Of a stretch of DNA of 64,000 bases, positions 23,251-38,100 are shown in pieces (the stretch's first letter is position 1; every line of letters starts with the position of its first letter). The position numbers and the translations under genes are program-made. The notes beneath the pieces are model-generated. The model saw nothing but the letters and a program-made list of their open reading frames with translations. It did no database searches and had not been told where the DNA came from. Location of the stretch: contig OZ024749.1 of NCBI GenBank assembly GCA_964016885.1, forward strand, positions 34,782,001-34,846,000, given 5' to 3'. The DNA comes from Eledone cirrhosa (lineage: Eukaryota).

Positions 23251-24604
23251 GTAGGACAGTTTATTTCCACCACCGCTCACTACACACACACACTCTCTCT
23301 ATCAATCTATCTATATACATATATATAACGTATGTGTGCATTCTTTCGTTTAAGCTAAACTTTTAAACAATTTTACTATTTCCATTACTTTTTATGGAGT
23401 CATAACATTCTTTTTAAGTGTGTGTACATATGTATTTGTATGTGTATATAAGGACACCCTATGCATATATTGTGTGTATACATACACATATGGTATATTT
23501 ATACAGTATAAATGTATATATTAGTATACCATATGTGTATGTATGTGTGTGTGCGGTCACTCATGAGTGCTACCGGTAACATGTAAGGCTGTACAGCCTG
23601 TTATATTTTCGTTTGTTTTGTTTTTTTCGAAAGTAAACCAACACCCTTCTCCCCTCTCAGATCAGGCAAACCAAGTGAGGTAGGCTGGTAGAAACCCAGC
23701 TAGAAAATCTCAACACCTGTCAAAATTGTGGATGGATCCAATGTGTGGGGGACATAGATATACTTGAGATAGTGAACAAGTACATTATATGACTACTTTA
23801 TGAGTGATGGATCATCTAATTCTTGTTAGGACATCTTACTAGGAAAAGGATACACTGATGTAAAACCTGAGGGTGAAGCTGTATGGCCTAGTGGTTAGGG
23901 TGTTGGACTTACAATCATATGCCCATGTGTTCAGTTCCTGAACTGAGTGACGCTTTATTTCACATTGCTTTTCATGATAGGACTGTAGCCACCTTATCAT
24001 TAAAACACCCAAGAAACCTCCTATGAGATGCATCATAGGAGTCCAGTTAATTCTGACCAGGTGTGAGGTGTAACAACAACAACAACAACATGATACTACT
24101 GGGGACACCTACCATTAAAACACCTGAGAATTCTCCAGTGAGATACAAACTGATAAGAAGACAGCTAAACCTATACAGGTGTAAGCTGGGTTTTTTCAAA
24201 ACCTGAAGATCTTCCAGTTTCTGGTTGTCCAAATCAATGTTGGGTCATTGGCAGTAAAACTGTTCTATCTAAAATGTGGTATTCTGTGCATACTTCAGCC
24301 CCTAGAATATATTTCACACACAGGAACTTCTTGGAATCACAAACAGACAGAAGTCATTTCAAAAGTGGCTGATGCTGTTATATTATGTGTGTCTGTATCA
24401 ATGAAATACTCCCACTTCTGTAGTTTCCTCACTCGTGGGGAGACACTGTAGGTATAGCATAGGTGGGAGCAGTGATCCTTATGGTTGTGTTGTTCATTGC
24501 TGCTGGTCTCCAAGAAGTGTAGTTTGTGTCTGAGGTAGTCATACTTGGACACTGGGTGACTTCCATCATGTATGGGTGTGTATGTATATGTATGTATGAG
24601 TGTT

Positions 24605-24660
<56 letters not shown>

Positions 24661-24664
24661 TCTA

Positions 24665-25010
24665 TGTGTATACTCTTAATGAGAGTGCAAAATCTATCCT
24701 GGAAACGACATCCCACCTTGTCTAAAATCTATGGCAAACTCCCTCGAGCCTCTGCCCTTCTAAAATCCCGGAGAGCTCAATTTGCTGGCCACTGTCACCG
24801 TGCCAGCAATGAAATCATATCCGCTCTCTTGCTCTGGAACCCTGACTCCAGCCTGACTAGGAGTAGGAAGCTGTCATTCCCTGACGTTATCTCTAGGGAT
24901 ACGGGAATCAGTAGACGGGACATGGGGGCAGCGATGGGGGACAGGGAATTCTGGGGCATGAGAGTGAGATCCATCATCTCGACAGTAGTCGACGAATGAT
25001 GATGATGATG
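24665..25010 (+). pseudogene. Non-LTR (RTE-like) 3' fragment
   Basis: NLSWKRHPT...RRAQFAGHCHR...LLLWNP...AMGDREFW, stop, then (ATG)n. A related fragment lies at 45010-45310. Confidence 0.75.
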
Positions 25011-26816
25011 ACATGTATGTATTTGATCATCACCATCATTTAATGTCTGATGATGATACGCATTCGTCTGTACACATTTATGCATATGCATATCTACATG
25101 TATGTGTATTTCTCTATATGTATGTATATATTTGCATATACAACTAATCAAAGATGTGAAAGTGATCCTTCACTTTAAAACCACTAGATATATAAAGTTC
25201 CCCACTTCAGATAAAATCCCTTCCCCCCAAACAAACTGTCAATCCACTTCCGACCCCCACCCCTCGTTAAATGTTCCCCCAACTTTTCACCACCATATGT
25301 TGTGGTTACATGCTTCATCTATTACAGCTGGCCTCTTTAACTTATACCACCATCACCACCCCCACATTTAGTTGTTATTGATGTTGTTGCTGATGATGTT
25401 GAGGTTACATGCTTCATCTACTACACCTGGTCTCTTTAACTCATACCATCACCACCATCCCCACATTCAGTTGATGGTGGTGGCGTTGATAATTGTTATA
25501 ATGATGATGACGATGGTGGGGCCAGTGATAATTGTTGAAATGATAATGTTGATGATAATGATGGTGATGCAGGTAATGATGTAGATGATGATGATCCTAC
25601 AAAAATATCTACACCGGTCAATGTGTGTTCAACTACACTGGCTTGGATTAGTTCCACCCACCATCTCTCCCTTGTAAATTATAAACTTGAACAAAAATCA
25701 CTAATTACTGCAGAAATCATTAAATATCAATTATTTTCTGGGAAAATATATTTCATGTTGCCCTGTTCTCTGATTTCTGTGAATTTTCTCCATCAATTCA
25801 GCTTTTTAGTAATTTTTCGTTATTATTTGATCATGAAATATTAACACCATAATATTACCACCGATAATTAAATATTATTATAGTAACGGCAATTAACTAT
25901 TCATGATAATTAAACATTATCAATGATAATTAAAAACCTTTCCAATGTATTTTAGATAATTGTTTCTAGTTTTGGCACAAGGCCAGCAATTAATCAGTAC
26001 ATTACTGGTACTTTATTTTATCGACCCCGTAATGTATTTTAAATAATGTTTGTTGCTGATGTAGTGACAGAAATGCTTGTTCCATTGTAGGCAACACACA
26101 CACACACACATTATATATATATATATATACACACGCACATAATGCATACATACACACATTTACATTAATACACCTTCAAACATGTATAAAAATATACACA
26201 TACAGACATACCTGCTCACATAGACACATACATATATGCACACTCACATACTGAAGGCCAACTGAATAATAATTCCATCTGTTAAATTTGTTTCTATTTT
26301 GGTTAAATCATTAATACACACACACTTACATATGAACACTCACACCTACATAAACATAGACACAGAAACACGTAAACATAGATAACAGATATAAACATAC
26401 ACATATGTATATAAACATAGACAGACATACACACATATATACATACCCCCTATATGTATGTATATGTATGTATGTATGTGTATATATGTATGTATATATA
26501 TATATATATATATAAACAAACACTCACACAATAGTATTTCCTTCTAATTGTTTCACTATTGCTATTTGCCGTTCACAGCTGACTGTAAACTGGCCTCTCG
26601 CCGCCTCCCTCTCTGTCTGTATATATATATATATGTGTGTGTGTACACTCACACACAACATCTCTCTCTCTCTTTCTCTAACTCTAACATATGCCGGTTT
26701 TCTACTGTAAACATTCGTTGATAAAATTCAAACTAGAAGGCGAAGTTCACTTCTGGATTTAAGCTCTTCTCCTCTAACTCCTGTAATGTGACCAAAACAC
26801 CATTTTGTCTGTGTGT

Positions 26817-26819
<3 letters not shown>

Positions 26820-26865
<46 letters not shown>

Positions 26866-26980
26866 CATACATGCACACACACACATTTATATATATATAT
26901 ATATATATACACACACATACATGCACACACACATTTATATATATATATATATATACACACACACATACATGCACACACAC

Positions 26981-27031
<51 letters not shown>

Positions 27032-27044
27032 CATGCACACACAC

Positions 27045-27095
<51 letters not shown>

Positions 27096-27290
27096 CATGT
27101 ACACACACATTTATATATATATATATATATACACATACATGCACACACACACATTTATATATATATATATATATATTTATTAAAATAACATTAAAGTTTA
27201 AGCAAAGAATCGTTGCTTTCATCCTTAACGGGATCTTATATATATATATACACATACATGCACACACATTTATATATATATATATACATA
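26820..27290. repeat. Compound (TA)n/(CA)n higher-order microsatellite
   Basis: Repeated (TA)nCACACATACATGCACACACACATT blocks. Confidence 0.9.
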
Positions 27291-27738
27291 TTATTGTTAT
27301 TATTATAGAGGGTCTTGGCAAAAAAAAACCTATAATATATATATCCCTTTTGCTTATATATATATATACTACCTTCCTTAAATATAGAGTACTAAGTTGA
27401 ATAATGGTCTTAGTGGTTTTAACTTGTGCTATCTTATTTATCTATCTATCTATCTCTCATATCTCTTTCTCTCTCTATATATATATACACACACACCGTT
27501 CGATATAACAAGCCATATGTGTTGCTGTTTACATTCTTGTAGTTGAGTTATACTCTTCCATACTGCAGTGACCTCTCAATAATGTATATTATTATGGCAC
27601 TTTTGGGGATTTGAGCTGTTATCCTACCTGGCCAGAGCACAGCTGTGCCAAACAACTTATCTCTCTATCTCCGTGGGGGCGTCTTCTAGTTTCTACCAAT
27701 ATGCAATTTATCCCACGTTATATTTCAGTGTGGGTGTT

Positions 27739-27781
<43 letters not shown>

Positions 27782-28407
27782 CGTATGTATGGGTGTGATT
27801 TTATAACTTTGCGTATGCTCGTGTGTGTATGTCTGTGAGTCTTTATAACTATGTATGTATCTATATAACTAAGTGTGTGTTTATATAACTGTATGTATGT
27901 ATGTACCAGCTGGTGTTTACAGACACATCTCATTTCGATGTAAAATAGATTGTATGTGATCCATGGGACATTAGTAATAACAATTTGATCACAACTACCG
28001 TATATATACTTCGCTGTATACGACGCACTTATTTCACCTAATATTTGATGTCAAAATCTACCTGCCCTTTATACATCGAATGTATGACTACAACGTGTTT
28101 TAGCTCACCTTCCATTTCGGCGACGAGTGTTCCAGTTTTTCGAATAACGGAACAGCCTACGCATCGTTTCCTTCAGCAAGACAACTATTTCACGTTGATC
28201 CAGTCCCTCAAGAGTCGTACTTGTATTTTAAAGAGCCGGTCTTGTCATGCTGAATCTCCTCGAGAAACACGCTAAAGGCACACGTATTTCTGGAATGCTG
28301 AGCCACTTACCCCTTAAATTTCACAAGCAGGCTGTTTCGTTGATCGAATAGCTGGAACACACGTCGTCGTTCTCGTCATAACCGACGGAGATTCAACATG
28401 TGTGCAT

Positions 28408-28443
<36 letters not shown>

Positions 28444-28643
28444 TTGTATATATGTGTGTGTATGTGTATACACACACACACACACAATTTGACCGTGTAG
28501 TTTACTAATAATACGTTAAAATAATCCAGCTGATTAATTATTCTATCAAGCGTAGGTTTATAAACTGTTTATTAGAGTCATCATGCAGGTGATATAGGAT
28601 TAACATACGGTACAGCTGTAAATTTTATATTCCAAATGTGTTT

Positions 28644-28679
<36 letters not shown>

Positions 28680-29233
28680 ATAAAAGTATTCTATATACCT
28701 ATTATTTTCATACGCACGGCACATTCAATTTTTTCTATTTCTATTTGAATGTGTAAAGATATTTTACAGGTGTGTTAGTCGTCTGTTTATATTGTGTGAG
28801 ATGCTTGTATGTCTAAATCTATTCTGATGTCAGTTAACAGGTGTTTTTCAACTCTCACTAGCTCCTATATTCCCGGGGTCGTTAACCAATATATACAATG
28901 TGAAGGCGCGTTGCCTAGTAGTTAGGGTATTATTGGAATCACGATCATAATGTCGGGGGGTTCGATTCATGTACCGGGTGGTATGTTGTGTTCTTAAGCA
29001 AGACGCTTCATTTCACGTTGCTTTTCCTTTTAAGAGTGAGCTCCCGTATGATATACAATCTCGTAAAAGGCCTGCTAAATATATATATATTTTTTTTCAA
29101 TTTGTCAAGCTATCTAAACGTAATGTTATTATTCTGAGGACCTACCCTTATTGAGTGCTTTGCTACTCATTCCTAATTGTAGGTCGACTTTGCTGGGCCA
29201 CAGCCAAAGCTTCGATTTTACTAAGCTTCCACT

Positions 29234-29286
<53 letters not shown>

Positions 29287-30750
29287 GCACAATGGAAGTG
29301 TTTAGTGACAGCTCGTTGTTTTGAGTTCGAATACGCACAAATCAATGTCGCCTATTCATTATTCCAAGTTCGATATATATATATAGATATATATATATAT
29401 ATAATGGTAAAAACTATTTAACACTTTACGTTTACTTTCAATAAATAATTAATATTTATGCTAGAATACAGTGGATATTTGAAGATTGTGGTAAACTTAA
29501 GGTAGATATACATAACTAGCCGGTTTATTTTTCTTTCTTTTTCAAAATTAGAAGCCTTAGCTGTGAAAAGAGTGAACTGCGAAGTTTAAACCCTTTCAAA
29601 TATTTCTCTGTACACAGAGGAAACGGTATTATTCTTATGCCGACATTAACGTTATTTTATTTATATATTTTTACCAAATTTGACCCTAACTTGTGGAATA
29701 TAAAAGTTTATGGCGTCTAGTTATACAAACTTATACCATTTTCTTCGCCCTTTTACATACAATTTATTTCCGTTTTACTGTAAACAGTGAATGCATTTTT
29801 GAAAAAATAAATGTGACGGAGCGATTTTCGTTTGCTGAGTTTGCGGAAATTTCTGTCTAGAAATTTCTCCTCGCCATCACAAGTATGTAATAGAACCAAG
29901 TTTGGCACCAAAATTGTAACTACTAAGTTCTCTTCTTTTACCATATGTTGCTGAGTGTGTAGTATATGTGTATGTATGTATAGAGATGTGTGTGTTAGGA
30001 GGGAGAGAGAGTTAAACAGACTGTGGGAAGTCATCAGCTGAGCTGATGTTTAGTGGTCGGGTTTTCTTTTGCTGACTCAGAAGATTCTTTAAATTTACCT
30101 CTCTACCCTCCTCTCTCTCTCTCTCTCTCCTTGTCTTTTCTGAAACCTACACCTCCCTTTAGTCTATCTGCACTTTCACTCTCCCATTTCCTAATCTCTG
30201 TGTACACACACACACATACATACATATATATACACACACATACATATATATATATATATACATACACACAAACACATATATATATATATATATATAGTTA
30301 TATATAGTTATGCGTACATATGTGTGCGTGAAAGAGACAATTTAGCCATTCAAAAAAACCCATAAAACTTCATTTTACATTTACGTTTATGCCAAAATCT
30401 TCATAGCACTCTTTGCAACAACCTGGTCACTGACACAGTTTCAATGTGTGCATGTGTATATGTATGTATATATGTGTGTGTGTATGTGCTATAAGACAAA
30501 GGTTCAGTTAGTACGTTGGCCCAGTCCCTCCTCCCCTCGAGAAAGCCAAGGAAGGGCCCCAAGAATATCTGACTCATTCCTTTTCAAAAAACATTAAGAC
30601 CCTTGAGTTTTGAGAGGAACTCAAAAGCAATGATGTTCTGCTTTGTACACACACGTACACACACACACGTACACACACACACACACATCTGTTTCAGTGT
30701 GTCTATTTACATATGCATATAGTTTGTGTTTATGTATATATAGGTGTATG

Positions 30751-30807
<57 letters not shown>

Positions 30808-30811
<4 letters not shown>

Positions 30812-31145
30812 TCGTCACCACCGTTTTACGTCCGTTCTTCCATGCTAGCATGGGTTAGACGGGTTGTCCTGTTGTGGGCAGTGTCTGGTCGGCTGACCAT
30901 GGCTTGCTCATACAGGAACTGATTCTGGCTTGACTTCTACAGCTGGATGGCCTTCCTAACACCAACCTCATTTACAGTGAGTGCTGGGTGCTTTTTTCCA
31001 TGGTGCCTACACGTCCACTTTACAGTGTGGGCTGGGTGCTTTTTGCCGTGGCAGCTCCACGACCACCTTGCAGTGGGAGGGTGTGGGGAGCATATTGTCT
31101 ATATGCTTCAGCTTGTACCCATGGGAGGTCGGGTACTCTGTATTA
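30808..31145 (-). mobile_element. Solo 3' UTR of the same RTE family as 52779-54869
   Basis: Very similar to 52785-53115; inserted in (TA)n. Confidence 0.85.
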
Positions 31146-31409
31146 TATATATATATATATACTGCAAGCAGGGAAAAGCGGACGTAAAATGATGATGATA
31201 TATATGCACACACCTACACCCCTGCCTATGTATGTATATAGATGTATGCTTGCCTATGTATATATATAGATAGAGAGAGAGAGCTGTATCTGTTGTTTCA
31301 AGACCCATTCTTCTTGATTGAAATAAGGAAGTTCTCTCCCCTCTTTAAGTCTATGGGGCAACACATGATTTATTAAATTATGTATAGTTTCTTTCTTGAA
31401 CCACAAAGG

Positions 31410-32340
31410 TCACATCTTGTGGGCACAGATATCACATCTTGTCGACACAGATATCACATCTTGTCGGCACAGATATCACATCTTGTCGGCACAGATATCA
31501 CATCTTGTCGGCACAAATTTCACACCTCGTCGGCACAAATTTCACACCTCATCGGCACAAATTTCACACCTCGTCGGCACAGATATCACATCTTGTCGGC
31601 ACAGATATCACATCTTGTCGACACAGATATCACATCTTGTTGGCACAGATATCACATCTTGTCGGCACAGATATCACATCTTGTTGGCACAAATTTCACA
31701 TCTTGTCGGCACAAATTTCACACCTTGTCGGCACAAATTTCACACCTCGTCGGCACAGATATCACACCTCGTCGGCACAGATATCACACCTCGTCGGCAC
31801 AAATATCACACCTCGTCGGCACAGATATCACACCTCGTCGGCACAGATATCACACCTCGTCGGCACAAATATCACACCTCGTCGGCACAGATATCACACC
31901 TCGTCGGCACAAATATCACACCTCGTCGGCACAAATATCACACCTCGTCGGCACAGATATCACACCTCGTCGGCACAGATATCACACCTCGTCGGCACAG
32001 ATATCACACCTCGTCGGCACAGATATCACACCTCGTCGGCACAGATATCACACCTCGTCGGCACAGATATCACACCTCGTCGGCACAGATATCACACCTC
32101 GTCGGCACAGATATCACACCTCGTCGGCACATATATCACACCTCTTTGGCACAGATATCACACCTTGTCGGCACATATATCACACCTCGTCGGCACAGAT
32201 ATCACACCTTGTCGGCACAGATATCACACCTCGTCGGCACAGATATCACACCTTGTCGGCACAGATTTCACACATTGTGGGTACAGGTGTCGAACCTTGT
32301 GGGTACAGGTCTCGAACCTTGTGGGTACAGGTCTCACATT
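31410..32340. repeat. 22-bp minisatellite, about 40 copies
   Basis: Unit CACACCTCGTCGGCACAGATAT. The stop-free unit explains the three overlapping ~330-aa ORFs. Confidence 0.95.
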
Positions 32341-34840
32341 CTGTAGGTACGGGTGCCACTTTATACCTATAGGTGTCACCTGTTGTGAAAACAGGTGTCA
32401 CATGTGGGTAAAAATGTCACATGTTGGTCATAGTTAAGAAATTAACATAACACAATTATATTTGTACTAGTGAACTCATGCCATCAATAATGACAGCAAT
32501 AGTGTTGAATATATTTAACTCTTGGAGTTCAGGATTGGTATGACATATATACCAAGATTACCAGATATATATGAACAATCAAACTGGGAAATTTGAGTTT
32601 TGATCAACTAAAGGTTTGCATAAGAGACACCCTATAGTATATGTTGATTATGGACATATGGAAGTGATTAAAGATAAGAATTATATTTTAATAATTTATT
32701 TCTAGAATATAATTACATGAATATAAAATATATTTTACACTGGTCTGCACTATGAAAAGGAGCTATCTAGGTACAGGTATATTATCACCCTTGAGTGATA
32801 TATATATATATATATGGGGAGGGAGGTATGTGCATTTGCATGTGCATATATACATATATATGTTTGTATAGAGGGTGTAAGCATGTGTATATATATTTGG
32901 GAATATATGTGGGTATATATATATATATGCATGAGTATATATGTGTGTAATCATGTGTATATATATATTAGGGTATATATGTGTGTGAGAGGTAACTGGA
33001 GCAGTCCTACATTACCATTTGGTGAATAATGTTTCATATCTTTCTCTTCCCCTGTTGATTTGAAGTAAAATAAACTCCCATTATTGAATTTATTTAGAGA
33101 TTAAATGCTATATATCTGCTGCCTTAAATATCCAACACACCCGTCCCCCTCTTCTACACTCCCTAAAATATCCAACAGTCCACTCCCTCAAATCTCCAAC
33201 ACTCTCTTCCTCTTGCCTACACTTCTAAAATCTCCCTGGAATTTCTTGACATTCTGAAATATATTTTGGATACATTTCTTCTTTCTTTAACATAAACTAT
33301 CAAGATTTGTGGGGAAATATGAAACCGTATTTAATTCTTCGTGGAAAACAACCTCTCTTCACCTGCTCTGTCTCTGAATATCATTTTTTTCTAACGAAAG
33401 ACATTGTCTGTAATTTCCAAATCACATTTGAAAATAAAAACAAATTTGGAGAGATTTCATAGTATGACTAACTCTTGTTATTAAGCTAGTGTTTGGAACA
33501 TAACTCAACAAAGGTTCTTACATAAAATTGTGATGGAAAGATTTTAGATAAAAGTAACACATTAATCATAATTTTTTATCTCTTTTGTAAATAATTTATT
33601 AAGTTTTCATAATTAATTATATAAATAATGAAAACAAGGGGGAAGGGGTATGTTACTATATTTCAAATGACAACAAACTTTCTCAATAATAAGCTGGTGT
33701 TCAGAACATAACTTAACAAAGGTTCTTACATGAAATTATGATGGAATGTTCTTAGATATGAACATTTTAAAACAAGCATTTGATATCTTAAAACCATTGT
33801 CAGTTTCTGGTGGTTTTGTATCCAAAGGGTTGACTTAACATGTCAGTAACTAGAGTTCTATAGCTGAGCTACCCTCCTTCCTAAGTACCATAATATTCTC
33901 AACTTTGTTTGCCATCATATAACCACCATATTTGAAAACACCAACTTTAATTGCCTTGGATCTTTCTAACTTAATCTTCTTACGTGAGATTTTTTCTTCT
34001 TTTTTAGTTCCTTTTGCTCTCTATGGAGCCTTCGGTGACTAGAGATCTCGCTCGATCCCTCAAAACTGCAACCCCTGTCATGGACATGCTGTCAGGCTAA
34101 GACCATGTCTGAAAGGTCATGACAAGTCTACCCCTGACTCCCTACCTCCTCCCCCTCTTTCTAGCTTCCATTCATACAAAACTCTCATTGATTTCTTCAT
34201 GGATATGTGTAGCACATAGCCAATCGTCTTCTGCTACCAGCATATTACACAGCTGGGCCCTTTCCATGACCTCTTCATTCATGATGTGGTTATGCCAAAA
34301 AATCCTTAATGTGACCCTAAAGCAACGTCTTTGGAAGACATCTGCAATTCTGTAGATGAAATGAGATTTACACTTTTAAACTTCATTTGAAACATTGTTG
34401 AACCAATTTATAACAAAGTTCAGACTATAACCTATGACCCAGTAATAAATAGCATAAAGCCTTATTTCTGGTTGATGTTTTTACAAGCAGCTACTTTGTA
34501 CAAGCGAAGCTAATTTTATTAACATATAAATATAATTTATATAAGGAATTTGATTTTCAAAAGAAACTTATCAACAGAAATTAATCAGAGTAAAAAAGGG
34601 AAAGATAATATGGGAGAAGACATGCACACTACAACAGGAAATGTTGGTGTTTCCCATTAAAAATGTTTAAGGCAAACCAAGACACAGTATTATTGCTGTA
34701 TGTGATTATAGTGTGTCCTTCAATTACATACTAAAACAAGGAATGCTGGTGTTTTCCCTTTAAAATTGTTTAAGGCAAACCAAGACACAATATTCCTGCA
34801 GGTGATGATAGTGTGATCCTCAATTATACCCTATAAGAAA

Positions 34841-35180
34841 TGGAGGCACATGGCTTAGTGGTTAGAGCATTGGCCTTGCAATCGAAAGGTTGTGAGTTCA
34901 ATTCTCAGACCGGGTGATGTGTTGTTTCCTTGAGCAAGGCACTTTATTTCACATTGCTCCAGTTTACTCAGCTGTAGAAATGAGATGATAGGACTGGGGT
35001 CCATATCATTCCACTGCAAAGTGGTCATGGAGGTGCCACGGCAAAAAAGCACCCAGCACTCACTGTAAATGAGGTTGGTGTTAGGAAGGGCATCCAGCTG
35101 TAGAAATCAAGCCAGAATCAGTTCCCGTCCCACCCTTGCAAGCAGGGAAAAGTGGACGTAAAATGAAATGATGATGATGA
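34841..35180 (+). mobile_element. Full-length tRNA/CORE-type SINE with RTE-derived tail
   Basis: A box TGGCTTAGTGG, B box GAGTTCAATTC, CORE-like CCTTGAGCAAGGCACTT, RTE 3' UTR-like tail, (ATG)n. Inserted in a degenerate ~108-bp tandem repeat (34640-35300). Confidence 0.9.
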
Positions 35181-38100
35181 AGAAAAGCTGGTGTTTTCCC
35201 TTTAAAAATGTTTGTAGCAAGCCAAGACAGCATTGTTGCAGGTAATGATAGTGTGTCCCTCAATTACATGCTACAGGATGCTGGTGTTTCCCATTAAAAA
35301 TAATTGAGTAAAGCTATATACCAATCAATATCAATCCTATTATCTAAATGAATCTGTAGAATTTCTTCAGTCTTTTGGGGAAAGATTCCATAGACAATAT
35401 TTTACTGAGTAATCTCTTCTCCTGTCTTCTACTTGGTTGATTCACTAAAATAAACAACATAGTTTGCCTGTACTTGGGGAGTTATAAGTGGATGACAATA
35501 TATTTTATTGTCCTCATAAAACATCTCTGAAAGGCTCCTTTCGCTAATATTGTGTGAGCAACAAGCTCTGCTCACCAAAATATATTATATAACAACTTCA
35601 TAATTGCTTCAATAGTTTTCCTGCTCAACTTTGACCTCAATTACCAAAATGGACATATTTATAAAATTGTCATCAAGTGTGAGGGCACACAGCTTAATGG
35701 TTAGGGTATTGGACACAGTTTTCTTGTTTTTTTTTCAACTAGCAATAACCTTCATTGGCTATGGCACTGCCTTTGCGCAAAGCTGATTATAAGATCTTTG
35801 GTTCAATTTCTGGACTGAGTGAAATCTTGTAGTTTTGAGCAAGATGCTTCATTTCATGTTACTTTCCATGATAAGACTGGGATCCAGTCGCTATCATCAA
35901 AACATCCGAGAAACTTTGTAGGAAGCCAACTAAACCTGCATAGATGTGAGCTGCGAATTTCATTTTTTTTTTCATTGCATGCTGGCAGTCTAACTGAAAC
36001 TAATAAAAGAATATACAATAAAGTTGTGATTTTAATGGGAAATTAAAAAACTAAATATTTAAAACTTTTTTTTTTTTAGTAATCAACTGTGTTAATTATA
36101 CATAATTATCTTTGCCTTTAAATATTCATTTCTCTTTAATTGAGTATTTTTAAATGTATATAATATCTTGGGGTATTGCTGTGTGTGTTTGGTTTAGAAT
36201 AGGTATACTGTCTTTCTGTGTGTTGTAAGAGGTTTAGAATAAGCACACAGTGTCTTTCAATAAAAAATATAGTAATGAAAGGGTTAAAATGCTTGCTGCT
36301 CACTGCTTTTAATAATATGGAGAACTGTATGGATTAGTCAGAGGTGTGAGTACTCAATAGTATTGTAACAAATGTATATATGACTGTGTTTATAATGCTA
36401 CAGCCAAGATTAGAATGTTCTAATATTTCTGTGAAATTGTGAAAAAGACCAAATTAATGCTGGTTTATGTGGCTTCTTAATTCTGACTGCTAAATTCTCA
36501 CACAAATATCAACACACAGCAAGTAACTTGATTGTTATCTGCTCCTGTGAGATCAGACTCTCCTTAAACAAATTTCCATGAAATATTTTATATTTTATTA
36601 AATAAAGAGAAAATAAAACTGTTGACACCATTTTAGATTAGATATTTTAACTGGACTGAAATAGTTGTCTAGTTGAACTAAATGGTTCCACAGTAATATC
36701 TGATGGAAGCTGTCCTTGCTTCTATAATACATAGCTGTTTGTTTTAAAGTGTAATATATTTACCTAAAGGTGGCAAATTGGAAGTGTCATTAAAATATTG
36801 GACAGAGTGCTTTATGGTATTTGTTTCATCTTTCTGCTCACTAAGTTCAAATCCCATGGTCAACTTTACTTTTCATCCTTTCAAAGTTGATAAAAAAAAG
36901 TACTAGCCTAGTACTGGTGTTGATTCTTCCTCCATATACCTTTCTAATTTCCAATCTTTCACTCTCTATCCTTCTCTGGAAGAAATCTGCTGCACTCAGG
37001 CATGGAGAAGGATGGGCTCCACCAGGCTTAAAATGTCCAAGAAACACTCTATGACAATATGGTGCTCCTACAACTCCATCAAGAGTTATAGGACATATCA
37101 TATATTTACCTAAAGGTGGCAAATTGGCAGATTCATTGGATATAATACTTTGCAGTATTCGTTTTGTCTCTCTGCACTCTCCCACCGAGCTCAACTTTGC
37201 TTTTTATCCTTTTCAGGTCAATAAGTACCAGTCCAGTACTGGTCGATTTTTTTTTTTCCCCTCTATATCTCTTTCTCCTTCTCTGGAAGAAATTAGTTGT
37301 GTTCAGACCTGGAGAAGGGATGGGATCCACCAAATTTAAGATGCCCAAAATGACTTTATCAGAAGTTACAGATCCATGCATGTATGTTTACCTAAAGACC
37401 TTCTGTCATAATTTTATGTAAGTGAATTTCATTAGAAGCATGGTTGCCAAAGGGTTAAAGCTTGGCTGTTACTGACCCAGATTTTGGTTTTAAGGGTAAA
37501 TATATACCAAAGTTGTCTCATTTTCATGGAGAAATCATATTTTTCTTTTCCATCTTTTTGTAGAAATATTAAAATATTTGTTGTTGTTTTTGTTGTCTCT
37601 ATTTCAAAATCTGAGAAACATGAACCATGTGTTCAGGAAATAACAACTTCCTTATATTAAAATATAACGCTTAGCTGAGCTTTGTGTGTTCGCTTATTAC
37701 AGCTGGTTTCAAACAAGTTGTTACTGTTATGGTCTTATGTTGTTGCTCTTTTTGTTGTCATTGCTCTATTTACCAAAGTAAACTATTTATTGCTTCTATC
37801 ATTTCTAGACTGTTATTTTCAAACATTTTATAATTGTTCAATAGGATTATTGTTTCCTATTTCACTACCTTTGTCATATTTTCTTTTCCAACATAAAAAT
37901 CATTGTTTTATTTATTTCATGACTAGTTTAACTGTTTTGATACTAAATCACCTGAAATGGTTCTATCATACTAATATGGACAGCAGAGCTTTTTTAGGGG
38001 AGTCCAATAAAAAGGTGTGTGCACATGCACACACTGTGTGTATGTGTGTGTGTGTGTTAAAAGAACCAAGATATATTTTTTACACTGTACATCACTATTA

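Noticed and set aside
31380-32437. Three overlapping ~320-aa ORFs; regular repeats that superficially suggest a CRISPR array or a coding repeat
   Set aside because: A 22-bp tandem unit without stop codons is open in all frames; no unique spacers and no cas genes.
34841-34915. tRNA-like sequences with A and B boxes (also 55050, 23875, 28905, 51915)
   Set aside because: SINE heads continuing into CORE-like bodies; no complete cloverleaf or terminator.
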